Assembly (NCBI GenBank): GCA_964016885.1
Contig: OZ024743.1
Location: 87,110,001 to 87,174,000 of the forward strand
Reading direction: 5' to 3'
Length of the DNA stretch: 64,000 nucleotides
Source of the DNA: Eledone cirrhosa
Lineage: Eukaryota
Positions 1 to 13,975 of this stretch are shown here, piece after piece (the first letter of the stretch is position 1; each line of letters opens with the position of its first letter). Both the position numbers and the translations under genes were made by a program. A model generated the notes under the pieces. It was not told where the DNA came from. It saw nothing but the letters and a program-made list of their open reading frames with translations, and made no database searches.

Positions 1-1575
1 AGTACCCTCTGTACATCTTATGCTATAGACTACGTTTCTAGTTTTACAGTTTATCCGGGGGTTTACTTTACATATGATACATTTCCTATTAGTAGAATGG
101 GTTTTCTTAAAGGGGTAGGTTTTGCTGATCAGGGATTTTATGGTGCTTCCTGGCTTTTCTACCACCTTAATCTTTAAGTGGGTCTTTCTCAGGGCCTTTC
201 TACACTGGTTAGCTAAGTTCCCTCTAGGGGTAGCGTCCACAAACATGACACTCTGGTATCTCTGGTTGTCGTACCATGAGGTGGCTTTACCTATCTTATG
301 TCTAGTCCTATCTAAGCTATTCCATGATTTGCTCCTGTATAATGGGCAAATTCCTTTCATGTCCAGTTCTATGAGGGTCTTATACTTCTCCGTCGCTCCT
401 TTGTATACTCTGAATCTGTCTCTTTGGTTGTAACCAGAGAACTGCATGCGGTTGATGAAGTATTGGATGTGTATTTCCATTTCTGTTGGGTCGCACATGC
501 GAGACACGTTCTTCATCACTCGTACCAAGTCTGCGATCAGAATATTAAACTTAGCACTACTGGACATTGCTGAGTTTTTGAGTATCAGGTATTTGGAGGC
601 CATGGGTTTAGCATAGTGTGAGTGGAGAATTTGGGCTCTCTCGTCTATAGTGTTAATCCAGAGTTCCGTGTCTAATATAGGTAGTCTATTGTTAGGGTGT
701 TTGGAAAGGTAGTCGATAGTTACAGTTATACTCTGGTGCATGGAATTAGCTATCTGCTGGATGCTTTCCATTGTGCTACGTTCTAAATCAAACTTGTTAG
801 TGCTCTCTTGTGGCGATGTCCTTATTACTATATTGATGTCGTCTACGTAACGAGAGTACATGATGAGGTCTATGGAGCTCTCATCAAGGAGATCTTTGAG
901 TCTCCTTTCCCACCATACTATAAAAAGGTTGGCAACGTCACCAGCTATGCTGACGCCAATGGCTGCTCCCTCGTTTTGGGTGTAGATCTTCTCGTTGAAC
1001 TTGAATATGTGGCCCTTTAGGGTAGTTTTGATACTAGCCCCTATTGCATGTGCGACCATTTTTCTTACCTGATCATTGTTTTGGGGGTCCGTATAGCTTT
1101 GGTCCACCAAATCCACCTTCCCATGGGGGTCCTTTTTGCCATTGAGGTTATGGTGGGGGTTCTACCTCTTATGGGTCTACTGGGGCAGAAACGTCTAAGG
1201 ACATGGCTGTCTAGGTAGTCAATGTCGTAGGTAAGTCTAAGTAGGAGGCCCAGTTCGTCTGTGTCGACGTCGCAGAACTCCACCTCACTCTCAATGATCA
1301 TCTTCACACATTTTTCCACAGCAAAATCAATGTTAATGGATAGGTACAGTGATACCACATCCATACTGCCTATTATGCAGTTGGATAGGTTCCTGTTTTT
1401 GTTGCACTCACTGATTCTGCTGAGGAGGTCCTCTGTACTGTCACATACATATGGGGACATCTTGATTATGGGGCGTATAACCATTGAGAGGAAGTAGGAG
1501 ATCCTGTAGTTGCTAGCGATATTTGCTCCGCATACAGGTCTTGTTCGTGGTCCTGTTATCGGGGCGTTATCCTGT
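1..1575 (-). pseudogene. Penelope-like element reverse transcriptase, degraded, running off the left edge into the GIY-YIG region
   Basis: Minus-strand translation gives PLE RT motifs SMDVVSLY (ORF 1065-1484), FKFNEKIYTQNEGAAIG and RYVDDINIV (~830-850), plus thumb-like LPILDTELWI and YAKPMASKY. Stops and frameshifts are present. Confidence 0.8.
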
Positions 1576-1583
1576 CTTGTCGA

Positions 1584-2345
1584 AGGTGGTAGAAAAGCCA
1601 GGAACCACCATAAAATCCCTGATCAGCAACACCTACCCTTTTAAAGTAAAGGCAAAACCGACTCTTGTAAATTAAAACCCCGGATAAACTGTAAAACTAG
1701 AAACGTAGTCTATAGCATAAGATGTACAGAGGGTAGTTGCAGAAACATGACAACAACAAACATAGGCGAGACAGCTCGTAGCATAGGTGAAAGGATAGAC
1801 CAACACTGAGGTGAACTAAAAGGACAAAAAAACGGTTCAGTACTATACAAACATGCCAGACAACAACACGACGGAACATAGACAACATAGAAATTAGAAT
1901 AATATCTAAACATAGAAATGACCCAGCAGATAGGCAAATCAGAGAGGCCAGCGAAATAGAACTTAGAAGGCCAAGGCTAATCAGAAAAAATGAATGGAAT
2001 AACAACAACACCCAAACAAACAACACTGACCTAAGAGAAGTATAAATAAATAAATAAATAAATACATACACAAGCACAATAACAACAAATACATATTAAC
2101 ACACAGTAGTAAACTAAGATAGAATACAATAACCAATACACAGTCACCCAAACACGAACACACATCAAACAAAACACTATACACACACGCAAAAGCATGC
2201 GCAGAGAAGACAAAAATATAAACAAATAAATAAATAAATAAACAGACTAAATAAAGATGGCGTAGGCATACAATGCAACGGGAGGAAACATAATAGCACC
2301 ACTGACGATGTTGCAGATGTGCAACGAAAGAACTTTGTTAGACTA
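1584..2345 (+). mobile_element. Inverted copy of the 3' end of the same PLE (GIY-YIG remnant, tail, HHR-like motif) ending in (TA)n
   Basis: 1584-1735 is the reverse complement of ~1-168. It encodes IGETARSIGERIDQH at ~1761-1806. Confidence 0.75.
2299..2340 (+). ncRNA. Hammerhead-like motif at the PLE 3' end (stems I and III weak)
   Basis: CTGACGA at 2302-2308, stem II GTTGCA/TGCAAC, GAAA at 2326-2329. Confidence 0.5.
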
Positions 2346-3034
2346 TATATATATGTGTTTGTGTCTATATTGTATCTGTATTTTTGACCGTTGGTCAGTC
2401 AATGGTAACATTGAGGACCGAATAGATTAAATTAACCGATATAAAGGACACAGAAGCGAAAACCAACCAAACAGTGAGTGTTTTCTGTTATTAATTCTGG
2501 CAATATTATTACACAAATATGACCCTCCCCCAGTATAACAATATTTGTTTCGACACACGATTTCATATAAAAAACCTCGCAAAACTAATTCATCGCCATT
2601 ATGTATATATATATATGTATATATCTATATCTATATGCATATATATATATATATACGTGAAATATATGTACGTTATAACGGAATTTCACTGTATATATAT
2701 ATATATACATAGACTATGAATAGTAAAGCCGTTTTATCTACCATCCTACACCTCACAGTCCGCTCCACTCCACATATCCACATTGTTCTGCTAGCCAACA
2801 ATTTTTCAATGCCATCACTTCTTGCGTTTCTTAACTAAATTCTTCCACTGCACATGAAAGAAATCAATCAATATGTTTAGACAGTATGTTTATCGATGTA
2901 ATTTCTATTAGATTTCGCTGAGATCCATCGCTTAGCAATCACTTGGTTTGTAGATTTTCTGATCTCTCTCTTTCTCTTAGATTTAACCAACACACATACA
3001 CACAATCACATACACAACACACACCCACACATGG

Positions 3035-3520
<486 letters not shown>

Positions 3521-3789
3521 TATATGCGTGCATGCGTCTATATGGAACAGATGTAGACAGCAGCCTCTAACAAAAGATAGCATATTTCCATAAAATAATA
3601 AATAATATTTGGTTACGGGTGTTACCTAGCTACAACACCAGTTTCTTTTATGAGAAAAAACATATTATCGATTACATTGATTTCAGTATAATACATCGTA
3701 GCGATTCTTTCTGCAGCAGTAAGTTGGTGAATTGAGCCACAGACCCAGGCTTTCTTGTCCAACAGGCTCAAGACTGAGAACTGTTTCGA

Positions 3790-4460
3790 AGCTCGTCAAA
3801 TGGACTGTAACTGTTATCTCCTTGAGAATTATGTTAAAACTACGCGTGTCTGTGGAATTCTCAGTTGAATCTCCCTGAGAATTCCGTTAAAGGTACATGT
3901 GTCTGTGGAATGATCAGTCACTGTCACGATAATTGTTTCTACTTTTAGTACAAGGCCAGCAATTATCCCAGTGTATTACTGGTACTTTATTTTATCGACC
4001 CCGTAAGGACGAAAGGCATAGTTAACCTCGACGGGATTTGAACTCAGACCATAAAGGGCCGTAACTCTTTGCTGAAAAGCATGGCGTCCTACCCTTTACC
4101 GATACTGCCAATCCACCTCCCTATTGCCAATCCACCGCCTTATTCACTATCACTATAATACAAGATGAACTGTACCTGTTTTCTACCCGTTAAGTCTGCA
4201 GGCCCAGCTTGTCCCACACTGTGTTATGCTAAATCTCCCCGAGAATTACGTAAGACTAGACGTGTCTGTTGAATGCTCAGCTGAATCTCCCTGAGAATTA
4301 CCTTAAAGGTACACGTCTGTAGAATGCACAGCCACTGACACTATAATACAAGATGGACTGTACCTGTATTTCAAAGGCCAGCTTTGTCACACACAATACC
4401 ACGCTAAATCTCCCTGAGACCTGGGTTAAGTGTACTCGTGCCTGTGGAATTCTTAGCCAC
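3790..4460. repeat. Interspersed repeat with a ~55-bp subunit (AATCTCCCTGAGAATTAC...GTGTCTGTGGAATGCTCAG), interrupted by a SINE
   Basis: The subunit recurs at ~3815, 3868, 4232, 4285 and 4408, and again near 5645 and 55320-55450. Confidence 0.6.
3931..4120 (-). mobile_element. tRNA-derived SINE
   Basis: Minus strand shows an A-box-like TGGCAGTATCGG, B box GAGTTCAAATCC, a conserved core like GCCTTTCATCCTTACGGGGTCGATAAAATAAAGTACCAG and an ATT tail. Confidence 0.8.
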
Positions 4461-4689
4461 TCACTCTCGAGTCTCGAATAATTACCAACACCTCCTCCCC
4501 CACTTATTCATTCTTCAGATTTCCCAATACGCCCGCTTTATTCTACGCCCCCCCCCCCCCCTTCCCGCTTATTAAATTTTGCTAATCTATCTCCGGCGAA
4601 ATTTTATTTTAAGTAGTAGCATTCCAGCGACAATTAATTTTTGACAGTACATAGAATATTTATTTATAGTAGTTTATAACTTTGCCTAT

Positions 4690-5078
4690 TAATCTGTATG
4701 GTGAGCAAATGGGGCCCCACGTGCTGGTCTCCCCACAGCCCTAGCGGACAGGATGGAGAAGGGGTTTCCCCGGAGAAAGGTAAGGGAGATGCGTTGGAAG
4801 AGCCATTCCAACTCGCGGGGCTCACACCTACGGCTGGCTACCTCAGCGCCTATGGTGGTGAGTAAGGAGGTAGCCCTAGGGCCAAGGACACCAGAAGTCT
4901 CCACTGCCAAGGGCACGACCGCGAACCTGTCGGAGAGCGACCGGTACTTGAAGAGTTTACCCTCCTCAGCCCGACGTGCAGCAGTACCTGGGTTAGTCGC
5001 AGACTGCACTAGGTTGCGACTGGGGAAAGTGTCGCTGCAAGTGGCATCCCAGACGAGGGGTTTGCCACCGCGGAACAT
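4690..5078 (-). pseudogene. CRE-clade non-LTR retrotransposon 3' fragment (RLE domain)
   Basis: Translation GKPLVWDATCSDT...KLFKYRSL...PLAVETSGVLG...LFQRISLTFLRGN. Confidence 0.8.
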
Positions 5079-5359
5079 TAAAAAACATTATACATGACAA
5101 AAAGAATCTACATTACTAGAAATCCCATACGTTATAAATTAAATAGGATGGGTTGGGCTCTCAATATGTAAACTAAACGACTAATTCTGGTTTTTAAAAG
5201 AATCAAAGGATACAACCTAGAAAAATTACCAATTTTCCAACCCCCCACTTATTCCAACCCCCTATTATTTGGGACCCGAGAACGAACACACGAACACACT
5301 ATAATAATTGTTTCTATTTTTACCCGTGAGGATGAAAGGCAAAGTTAATCTTGGGTGGA

Positions 5360-5572
5360 TTAATAATGGGTTCTGATTTAGGCACAAGGCCAACATTCTT
5401 TTTTTTTGGGGGGGGGGGGGCTGTCGATTAATTCGACCCAGTACGATACTGGTATTTTATTTTATCGTCCCCGTAAGGATGAAAGGCAAAACTAACCTCG
5501 GCAGGATTTGAACTCGGAACGTAAAGAACAGTAACTCTATGTCACAACGCTCTACCGATACTGCCAATCCAC
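5360..5572 (-). mobile_element. tRNA-derived SINE, with a further partial copy at 5300-5360
   Basis: Same family as 3931-4120. Confidence 0.8.
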
Positions 5573-6098
5573 ATACACTATAATACAAAGTGAACTATAC
5601 CTGTAATTCAGGCGGCAAGCTTTGTCACTCACAATGTCACGCTGAATCTTTCTGAGAATTACATTAAGGATACACATGTCTGTAGTATGTCCAGCCACTT
5701 ATTTGTCAATTTTTTCGAGTATGCTGTTCCGTTGATCGATTAATTAAATCATTAAACCTCGAAACCGACGAGGGTCCATTCGTCATCCTGGGGTGGAAGA
5801 ATTCTACTGAGAAGTTCGTTTCGTCCTTTATTCCTTTTATTGGTTTCAATCATTAGACTGAGGCTATGCTGGGGCACCACCTTCACGGCATTTTAGTTGA
5901 TCATAACCACTCTAGTACTTAGGGTCTTTTTTCCAAAGCTGGTACTTATTTTATCGATCCCTATTTGTCGAACCACTAGGTTAAAGGACTTAAGCAAACA
6001 ACAATTGTAAACACAGGCAAGACGGATGCGCGTGTGCATACATATACACACGTATACATATACACAAACACAAAAATATACACGTACACACACACACA

Positions 6099-6145
<47 letters not shown>

Positions 6146-7334
6146 GAATTAAAACCGCCAGTTGCCTAAGTTAAACGTAAAAAACATCAATGTCTGTTGG
6201 CCGTTACGTAATGTATTTCGTGCAGACATGCCTTTATCAGACGGCTGACTAAAGACAAATATAAGAATTAAACAATGTTGATGATATATTGGACAGAATA
6301 TGGTCTGGTACACTACGATGGGAGTTGATACATTGTGTGGTATAGTAGTCTTAGTAAGCAACTATCTGTCAGTATCTTATATTTCATGATTAGTTCATAA
6401 TCATCCTTGAATGTATGGTGGATGTTTCTTTGAATTCTTCAACTTTTTACTTTGATCTCTGAGCATTTTGTTGTCTCAACTTGTCGGCTCGAGTTGTGTT
6501 GTCAGTCATCATATATCTAATGGATATCACGTGTATTTTCTATTGTTTTCTTATCAATCTATTTATTGAGTCTTTTGTTGTTCCTTAATAAAAATGTTCT
6601 CTACTTTGTACAGATCAAAAGGTCAGTCTCTAATCAGATCTAGATCTAGATGCTGGCTTGTACAGATCTCCCAGGCAGATGTAGTACAGAACAACAGTAA
6701 CAACAACAGTACAAATGTGATTAGAAGAATAGATAACTATAGATATGAGGAAATAAATAAATCTATCTTTATCATTAAAATCAATACTTTTGTATGTATT
6801 GACCCGTAACTCCCGAGGGAGTCTTAGGGATACCACATTAAGGTACGGCGTTTCTAGGGCAATTTTCTTTTTAACCTGATGGAGCCCATCTCTTCTCCAT
6901 GTTCACCTCTATATATTACTTTTGTAGCATTGGTTAAACCGAGGCTATATTAGAAGACACGATAGAAGACACTTCCCCAAAGTAATGGGACTGAACCCAA
7001 TTCCTTAACCACACAGCCATGTCTTTTTATTATCCAACGTACATTGTGGCAAAAGAGTCGATAAATGAAACAGTAGCCGTATGTTTTTGGAATCGATTCA
7101 GCGGACGATATATTCCACTTAACACATTTTTGGCTTCATTATATTGAAAGAAAGCAGTAATTGTAGTGCTTTATTACATCTTACTTTAGAGGAGTTTACT
7201 GTAACATCTGTCTGTGAAGATACGTTACAATATATTATGAATTCCTACAGAATTTGATGCCACAGATAATGGTTGACATAGCGGTAGTCTGGCGGAATGG
7301 TTACTGCAATGGTTTCCCAAACTGTGTTCAACGG

Positions 7335-7480
7335 CTCAGAGTTGGCTACCCGCAGGTGTGAGCCTCGCGAGCTGAAATGGCTCTTCCAGCGGGTCTCCCT
7401 CGCCATCCCCGGATAAACGCCTTCTCTATTCTATCCACCAGAGCCGCGGGGCGACCAGCGCGTGGGTCCCCATTTGCTCA
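7335..7480 (+). pseudogene. CRE-clade 3' fragment
   Basis: Homologous to the reverse complement of 4700-4850 (RRCEPRELKWLFQRVSL). Confidence 0.7.
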
Positions 7481-7669
7481 TAATAGTGAGAGATGGGGAG
7501 AGCGGGAGAGACGGTGGCAGTGACAGTGGGAGTTTGGTTCCTTTATGTTTGGACCTTGTGTATATGTATATATTTATTTGCCGCATCACATGTTACATAC
7601 AAATACAAAGCAGCTGAGTTCAGCCATTATAATTTTCACCGACTTTAATCATATGCTCTATCATTATGA

Positions 7670-7790
7670 TCTGAGTTCAAATCCCGCCGAGGTTGACTTT
7701 GCCTTTCATCCTTACGGGGTCGATAAAATAAAGTACCAGTAATGTACTGGGTAATTGCTGGCCTTGTGCTTAACGTAGAAACAATTATTA
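7670..7790 (+). mobile_element. 5'-truncated tRNA-derived SINE
   Basis: B box, family core and ATT tail. Confidence 0.75.
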
Positions 7791-8018
7791 AGTGCTTCGC
7801 GAAAGAGCAAGACACCATTTCGAAATGTGAAAAAATATAAATTGAAGTAGTTAATATAGTTCAAACCAGAGGAACCAATTGAAGTTAGCAAACAAAATTT
7901 TCTGACATTTGAAAATTATATTTGGTTGTAGTTGTAAGTTTAATATTTTGCATGTTCCTAATATCTTCCAATTTATAGTACAAAGTTCAAAACATCAAAA
8001 TCAGGAGAGGATATGATA

Positions 8019-8056
<38 letters not shown>

Positions 8057-8091
8057 TTTTTATCAATATATATATATATATATATTTTTAT

Positions 8092-8158
<67 letters not shown>

Positions 8159-8315
8159 AAAATGAGTTGTTGTTTTTACTTTACCGGTTTCACAGTTCTT
8201 ATGATTTTCAAAAGTAAAATTGAGATGGAGGGTTTGTGTTTCTGTTGTGGTTTGTCTCGGACAAACTACAACAGTCAACAGGTTAGAATTTATTTCATCT
8301 ATTCATTATACAATC

Positions 8316-8375
8316 GCTGTTATATATATTTCGATGATAACTGTTAAACAACAGTTATGACCTCGTCAGACAGCT
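8316..8375 (-). ncRNA. Type I hammerhead ribozyme in a short inverted-repeat element (arms ~8271-8342 and ~8434-8508)
   Basis: Minus strand: stem I GCUGU/ACAGC, CUGACGA, long stem II (AUAACUGUU/AACAGUUAU), GAAA, palindromic UAUAUA, then UA. Confidence 0.75.
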
Positions 8376-8562
8376 AATAGTTGAACAGAAAAAAAACATG
8401 AAGAAAAAAATGTAATTTTTATTTCTTCATGTTTATAACAATTATCATCGAAATATATATAACAGTGATTGTATAATGAACAAATGAGGTAAATTCTCAC
8501 CTCTTGACTTGTACTTCATTATTATAATTATGCTCCGGAATACGCAGGCTTGTATACTTGTA

Positions 8563-11500
8563 TACGACGTGCCCCCTCAACAACAGATGCCGAGAAAGTA
8601 ACGTGATTTACCAGTGCAACGTGAGGACGGACACCTCCAACAAAGCTTATATAGGATTAACTGCTTGTGACTTTAAGACTCGGCTCTACCAACACCGACA
8701 TACGTTCCGAAACCCGGCTGTTTTAGACTCTATAGTTTACGTTTTATTTCACTTCTCACTTTCCATTTTTATATATTTATATATCTCTCTCTTACTTTTT
8801 TATTATTTGTTTATTGTCTCCTAATCTCAATTGATTTACCCTTTCTAAAATGTCCTTCCTCCATTTTCTCCAAAAACCTTTTTTCGCCTACCTCCTCTGG
8901 CCTACTTTCATACACATTCCTTAGAATTTGCCGTATAGATTTCAGCTTCAACTCTTGACCGGCTCTACCCACTCGCTCATCGTTCTACATGCAAGTTCAG
9001 CCACCCCACCTCCCACCATGATACACTTATTTGTGTTTATAACAACTTTTGACCAATCCTCTTGACAACTACAATCTTCCCATATAAGGAAGTACTCCTT
9101 GAAAAGTTCGGCTATTTATTTACCAGACTAAAAATTCTAATTTAGTTCAGAAATAGCCGTCGGGGCCATACTTTCTCCTTATTACCCACTCTGCTACCTA
9201 AGTATTGAGTACTCTGGTGCGTTATGGTCCATCTGGTTCCTTACCTCAACTACTTCGCTATCTAGCTCCTACCTCCGCGGTAGAACACTTTCCGACCCTA
9301 CCATGCAATATCCTGACTTTTCCACCCAGCTCAAGTTTCATTACCCGCACGATGCGAAAATACAACATCGACTTCTCCACCAAGAACATCCCAATTCCAC
9401 CGAGAAAACTTTACCTTCGGATGCTCACGCAAAAAATCGACCTGTTTGCAAAAAGACTAAGATAGAGAACATTTTTCTATGATAGATACCGCGACAACCA
9501 GAACTTCGACACCAAGGAGAGATTCGGATTCAATACCTACAAATCTCCCCCACCGAACCCTATGCTCTCACCCTTCGAGAACGACCTTTTCCAACTAGTC
9601 AAAGGTATTAAATTCAAACCCAGACACAACAGATTCCTACAACAACTCCGTAGCAAAATAACGGAGTATGAAAGCACCAACGACATCCTGGTGCACTCGG
9701 ACAAAACTGGAAACCTCTATTTCGTCAACCCGGACAGATACCACACACTGATCAGGAGCTGCCTAAACTCTACCTATAAAGATGCTAACCATTCAATTAT
9801 CGAGGACATAAATCTAGATGGACAACAAATTACCTCCAGCCCCGGGGTTGCAGACCGCACTGAACCCACGGACTCCCTACTTCACACTGAAGGACCACAA
9901 ATCCGACTTCGACCGCAAACCATCCATCAGGCTTATAAACCCGACGATATCGGACATAGGGAGAATCAGTAAAAAGATCCTAGACCGCGTTATACCAAAA
10001 GTTAAGCAAAACGCGAGACTTAGCCTATGGGTCAGCACCCAGGAAGTAATCTCATGGTTCAGGAATATTGAGGACAAACGGGATACAAAATTCATCCAGT
10101 TTGACATAGAGAGTTACTATGCATCTATTACCTTACTGCTCCTTACGGCCGCCTTGGACTTTGCCAAAGCAATCACACCCATCACCGACCAGGAAAGAAA
10201 TATCATTCTCCACGCCAGGAAGACAGTCCTACTTTTCGACAACTCCAAGTGGATAAAGAGAGCTCCTGACTCCCCCTTCGACGTCAGTATGGGTGCGACC
10301 GATTCGGCCGAGGTCACCGACCTTATAGGATTATTCCTACTATTTAAACTCACCGAAATGTTTCCTGCATTCAGCGGTAGATTGTACCGGGATGATGGGC
10401 TCCTTGCCCTCAAAGGGTACAACCCCAGTAGTACAGACTGGGTCCGTAAACAACTAATCAACTTTTTCCGGGACTGGGGATTTAAAATCACCCTACAAAC
10501 GTCCCTAACCCGAGTCAATTTCCTGGACGTTACCCTCAACCTCGAAAATTATCTGTACTACCCATACAGGAAACCAAATGACAACCTGCACTACATCCAC
10601 CGCCGCCCTAACCATCCTAGAAACATCACCAATAATCTGGTTAAAAACATCTCCCTCCGCATATCTCGTTTGTCCGCTAATGAGCAGATATTCGACGAAC
10701 ATGCGCCTAATTAAAACCAGGCCCTCAAGCGGAGTGGCTTCCGGGCGGAAATATCCCTTTATCCAGCTTCCCTTAGCGGAAGCAGCAGGCGACGCCGCCG
10801 CTCACGCAACGTAACGTGGTTCAATCCTCCCCACAATGCCGAGGTGGCAACACCTATCGGAAAAACTTCTTTAGGCTCCTCGAAAAACACTTTCCTACAA
10901 CACCGCTACCACAACATGATCAACAAAAACACTATCAAGCTCTCCTACAGCACCACACCTAACTTCGCACAAAACATCGTCTCCTCAAACAACAAAAAAA
11001 TCAACCCCCATGGAAGAAACAACCTAGACATTAGCGGAGAGCCGACTAGGAGGTGTAACTGCCCTGATAGGTCTACGTGCCCCTCAACAACAGATGCCGA
11101 GAAAGTAACGTGATCTATCAGTGCAACATGAGGACGGACACCTCCAACAAAGCTTATATAGGATTAACCGCTTGTGACTTTAAGACCCGGCTCTACCAAC
11201 ACCGACATACGTTCCGAAACCTGGCTGTTTTAGACTCTATAGTTTACGTTTTATTTCACTTCTCACTTTCCATTTTTATATATTTATATAGCTCTCTCTT
11301 ACTTTTTTATTATTTGTTTATTGGCTCCTAATCTCAATTGATTTACCCTTTCTAAAATGTCCTTCCTCCATTTTCTCCAGAAACCTTTTTTCGCCTACCT
11401 CCTCTGGCCTACTTTCATACACATTCCTTAGAATTTGCCGTATAGATTTCAGCATCAACACTTGACCGGCTCTACCCACTCGCTCATCGTTCTACAGGCA

Positions 11501-11708
11501 AGTTCAGCCACCCCCACCTCCTGCCATGATAGACTTATTTGTGTCTACAACAACTTTTGACTAATCCTCTTGACAACTACAATCTTCCCATATAAGGAAC
11601 TACGCCTTGAAAAGTTCGGCTATTTATTTACCACACAAAAAATTCTAATTTAGTCCAGAAATAGCCGTCGAAACGGCTTGAGCTCTGCCGTCAGGGTCAT
11701 ATTTTCCC
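8563..11708 (+). mobile_element. Penelope-like element (probably Naiad-type) with pseudo-LTR
   Basis: 8563-9170 is a direct repeat of ~11073-11670. The element ends in (TA)n. Confidence 0.85.
9352..11230 (+). pseudogene. PLE RT plus truncated GIY-YIG polyprotein, frameshifted
   Basis: Motifs STKNIPIP, HSDKTGNLY, TLKDHK, RLINP, FDIESYY, YRDDGL, VNFLDVTLNL, YRKPN, WFNPP, KLSYS, CNC..CPL..C and YIGLT..FKTRLYQH. Confidence 0.85.
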
Positions 11709-11855
11709 CTATATATATATACATAATTATTTTGATCAATAAACAAAATATTGATTCGTATTGCCTGGCAAATGCACAGACCATGTAGTCTACATTTTGT
11801 CTGGCAATATTTATTTGCTGATGTATTATTTTATTATTATTATACAAACATACTG

Positions 11856-12040
11856 AGCGGTGGATTGGTAGTTTCGGTGGAGCGTCGGGCAACATGCTTT
11901 ACGGCATATAGTTACGGCTCTTTACGTTCTGAGTTCAAATTCCGACATGGTTATGAGGGTCTATAAAATAAAGTACCAGTAACGTACTGGGGTCGATTTA
12001 ATCAACTTTACACTCCCCCAAAACTGTTGGCCTTGGGCGA
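11856..12040 (+). mobile_element. tRNA-derived SINE (diverged)
   Basis: A and B boxes plus the family 3' half. Confidence 0.7.
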
Positions 12041-12077
12041 AAAGGTAAAAATATACATATATATATATATAAAAACA

Positions 12078-12207
<130 letters not shown>

Positions 12208-12279
12208 GGTGTGTATGTGTGTGCGGGTGTGTATCCCAGGTTCAATCGGGAGTAACTACAGCAAGTAAATTATTCAATA

Positions 12280-12634
12280 TATAAGTAGAGTGTAACCAAC
12301 AAGTTTGATATAGAAATGGCTTCTCCCGAATGAAACAGTTCTAGTCCTGGAGCAGCCAGAGAGGTAGAACACTGGAAGGTAATATCCGTAGTGGTAGAGC
12401 ACTCAGTCCATGGGACGAGTTTGGTAGAAGTGGTAACACAACAGTTAGTTCACCATACCGAGAACAATTGTTTCACCTTATGCGGATCTTCAGCTCGGAC
12501 TGGTCATCGTTATACGGAGCAGGAAGAACAACCATACGTTCTTCCTGTTCCGTATAACCATGGCCAGTCCGAGCTGAAGATCCACATAAGATGAAACAAT
12601 TGTTCTCAGTATGGTGAACTAACTGTTGTGTTAC

Positions 12635-12638
<4 letters not shown>
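12280..12638. mobile_element. Short HHR-bearing element with head-to-head inversion (centre ~12535)
   Basis: 12432-12532 is inverted at 12540-12638. HHR-like CCGAG-CUGAAGA-...-GAAA-CAAUUG-UU-CUCGG on the minus strand (12458-12498) and a plus copy at ~12569-12610. Stem II is weak. Confidence 0.6.
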
Positions 12639-12692
<54 letters not shown>

Positions 12693-12718
12693 TATATATA
12701 TATATATATATATATATA

Positions 12719-12779
<61 letters not shown>

Positions 12780-12900
12780 TCTACCAACTCATGATATTAT
12801 AATATTATAAAATTAAATCAAATTTTTTAACACTACAAGTGAAGTCTTTCTTTTCCTTTTTTTCAAATATACCTAACTGTACCAAGGATCTCACACATTT

Positions 12901-12990
<90 letters not shown>

Positions 12991-13227
12991 AGCAGATATT
13001 TATTTATTGGTACTAATTATATGTTTAAGCGCAGAATCTTGATTTTCACCTATTCAGGGGATCTTCAAAAGAACTGTCAAGAGTGAGAGACTAAGGGAAC
13101 AATAAACAGCCAAGCGCAGGTTTCTTTCTCAATGATAACTTGTCACCATTTATTGATTGAAGATAGAAGTAAAAGTAATGTTTCTCTACTTTTAATTACC
13201 ATCTGTATTTCTACTTTATACTATGAT

Positions 13228-13337
<110 letters not shown>

Positions 13338-13418
13338 AATATCCGATTAATCAAATGACAGATGTATTTTCAGATGTAAAAATCGTCTTAATGACTAAAC
13401 CAGGAGTGTGTGTATACA

Positions 13419-13506
<88 letters not shown>

Positions 13507-13582
13507 TATGAATGTATATATATATATACGATATATATATGTGTGTGTAGTCTCTCTCTGTGTGTGTGTGTGTATATATTTA

Positions 13583-13701
<119 letters not shown>

Positions 13702-13975
13702 CAGAGAGATAGATCGATAGACAGATAGATATGTCCCCTTAGTGATTCCATAAAAATGTGATAGATAAAATATGTACTGGTGGCAATACGATCGATTAAA
13801 CTAATGCTGTACTCCAGCATGGCCGTACTCATATGACAAACAGTAAGACATACACACACACACATATAAACATACATTTGTGAATGTATGTATTATGAGG
13901 GGGCACACATTATGTGTGTATATATGTATGTATATATGTACGCTATGTATATATGTATGTATATATGTACGTTAT

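Noticed and set aside
6150-6600. Degraded PLE GIY-YIG remnant on the minus strand
   Set aside because: Only a faint VVYQ..CP-like motif is visible, too decayed to call.
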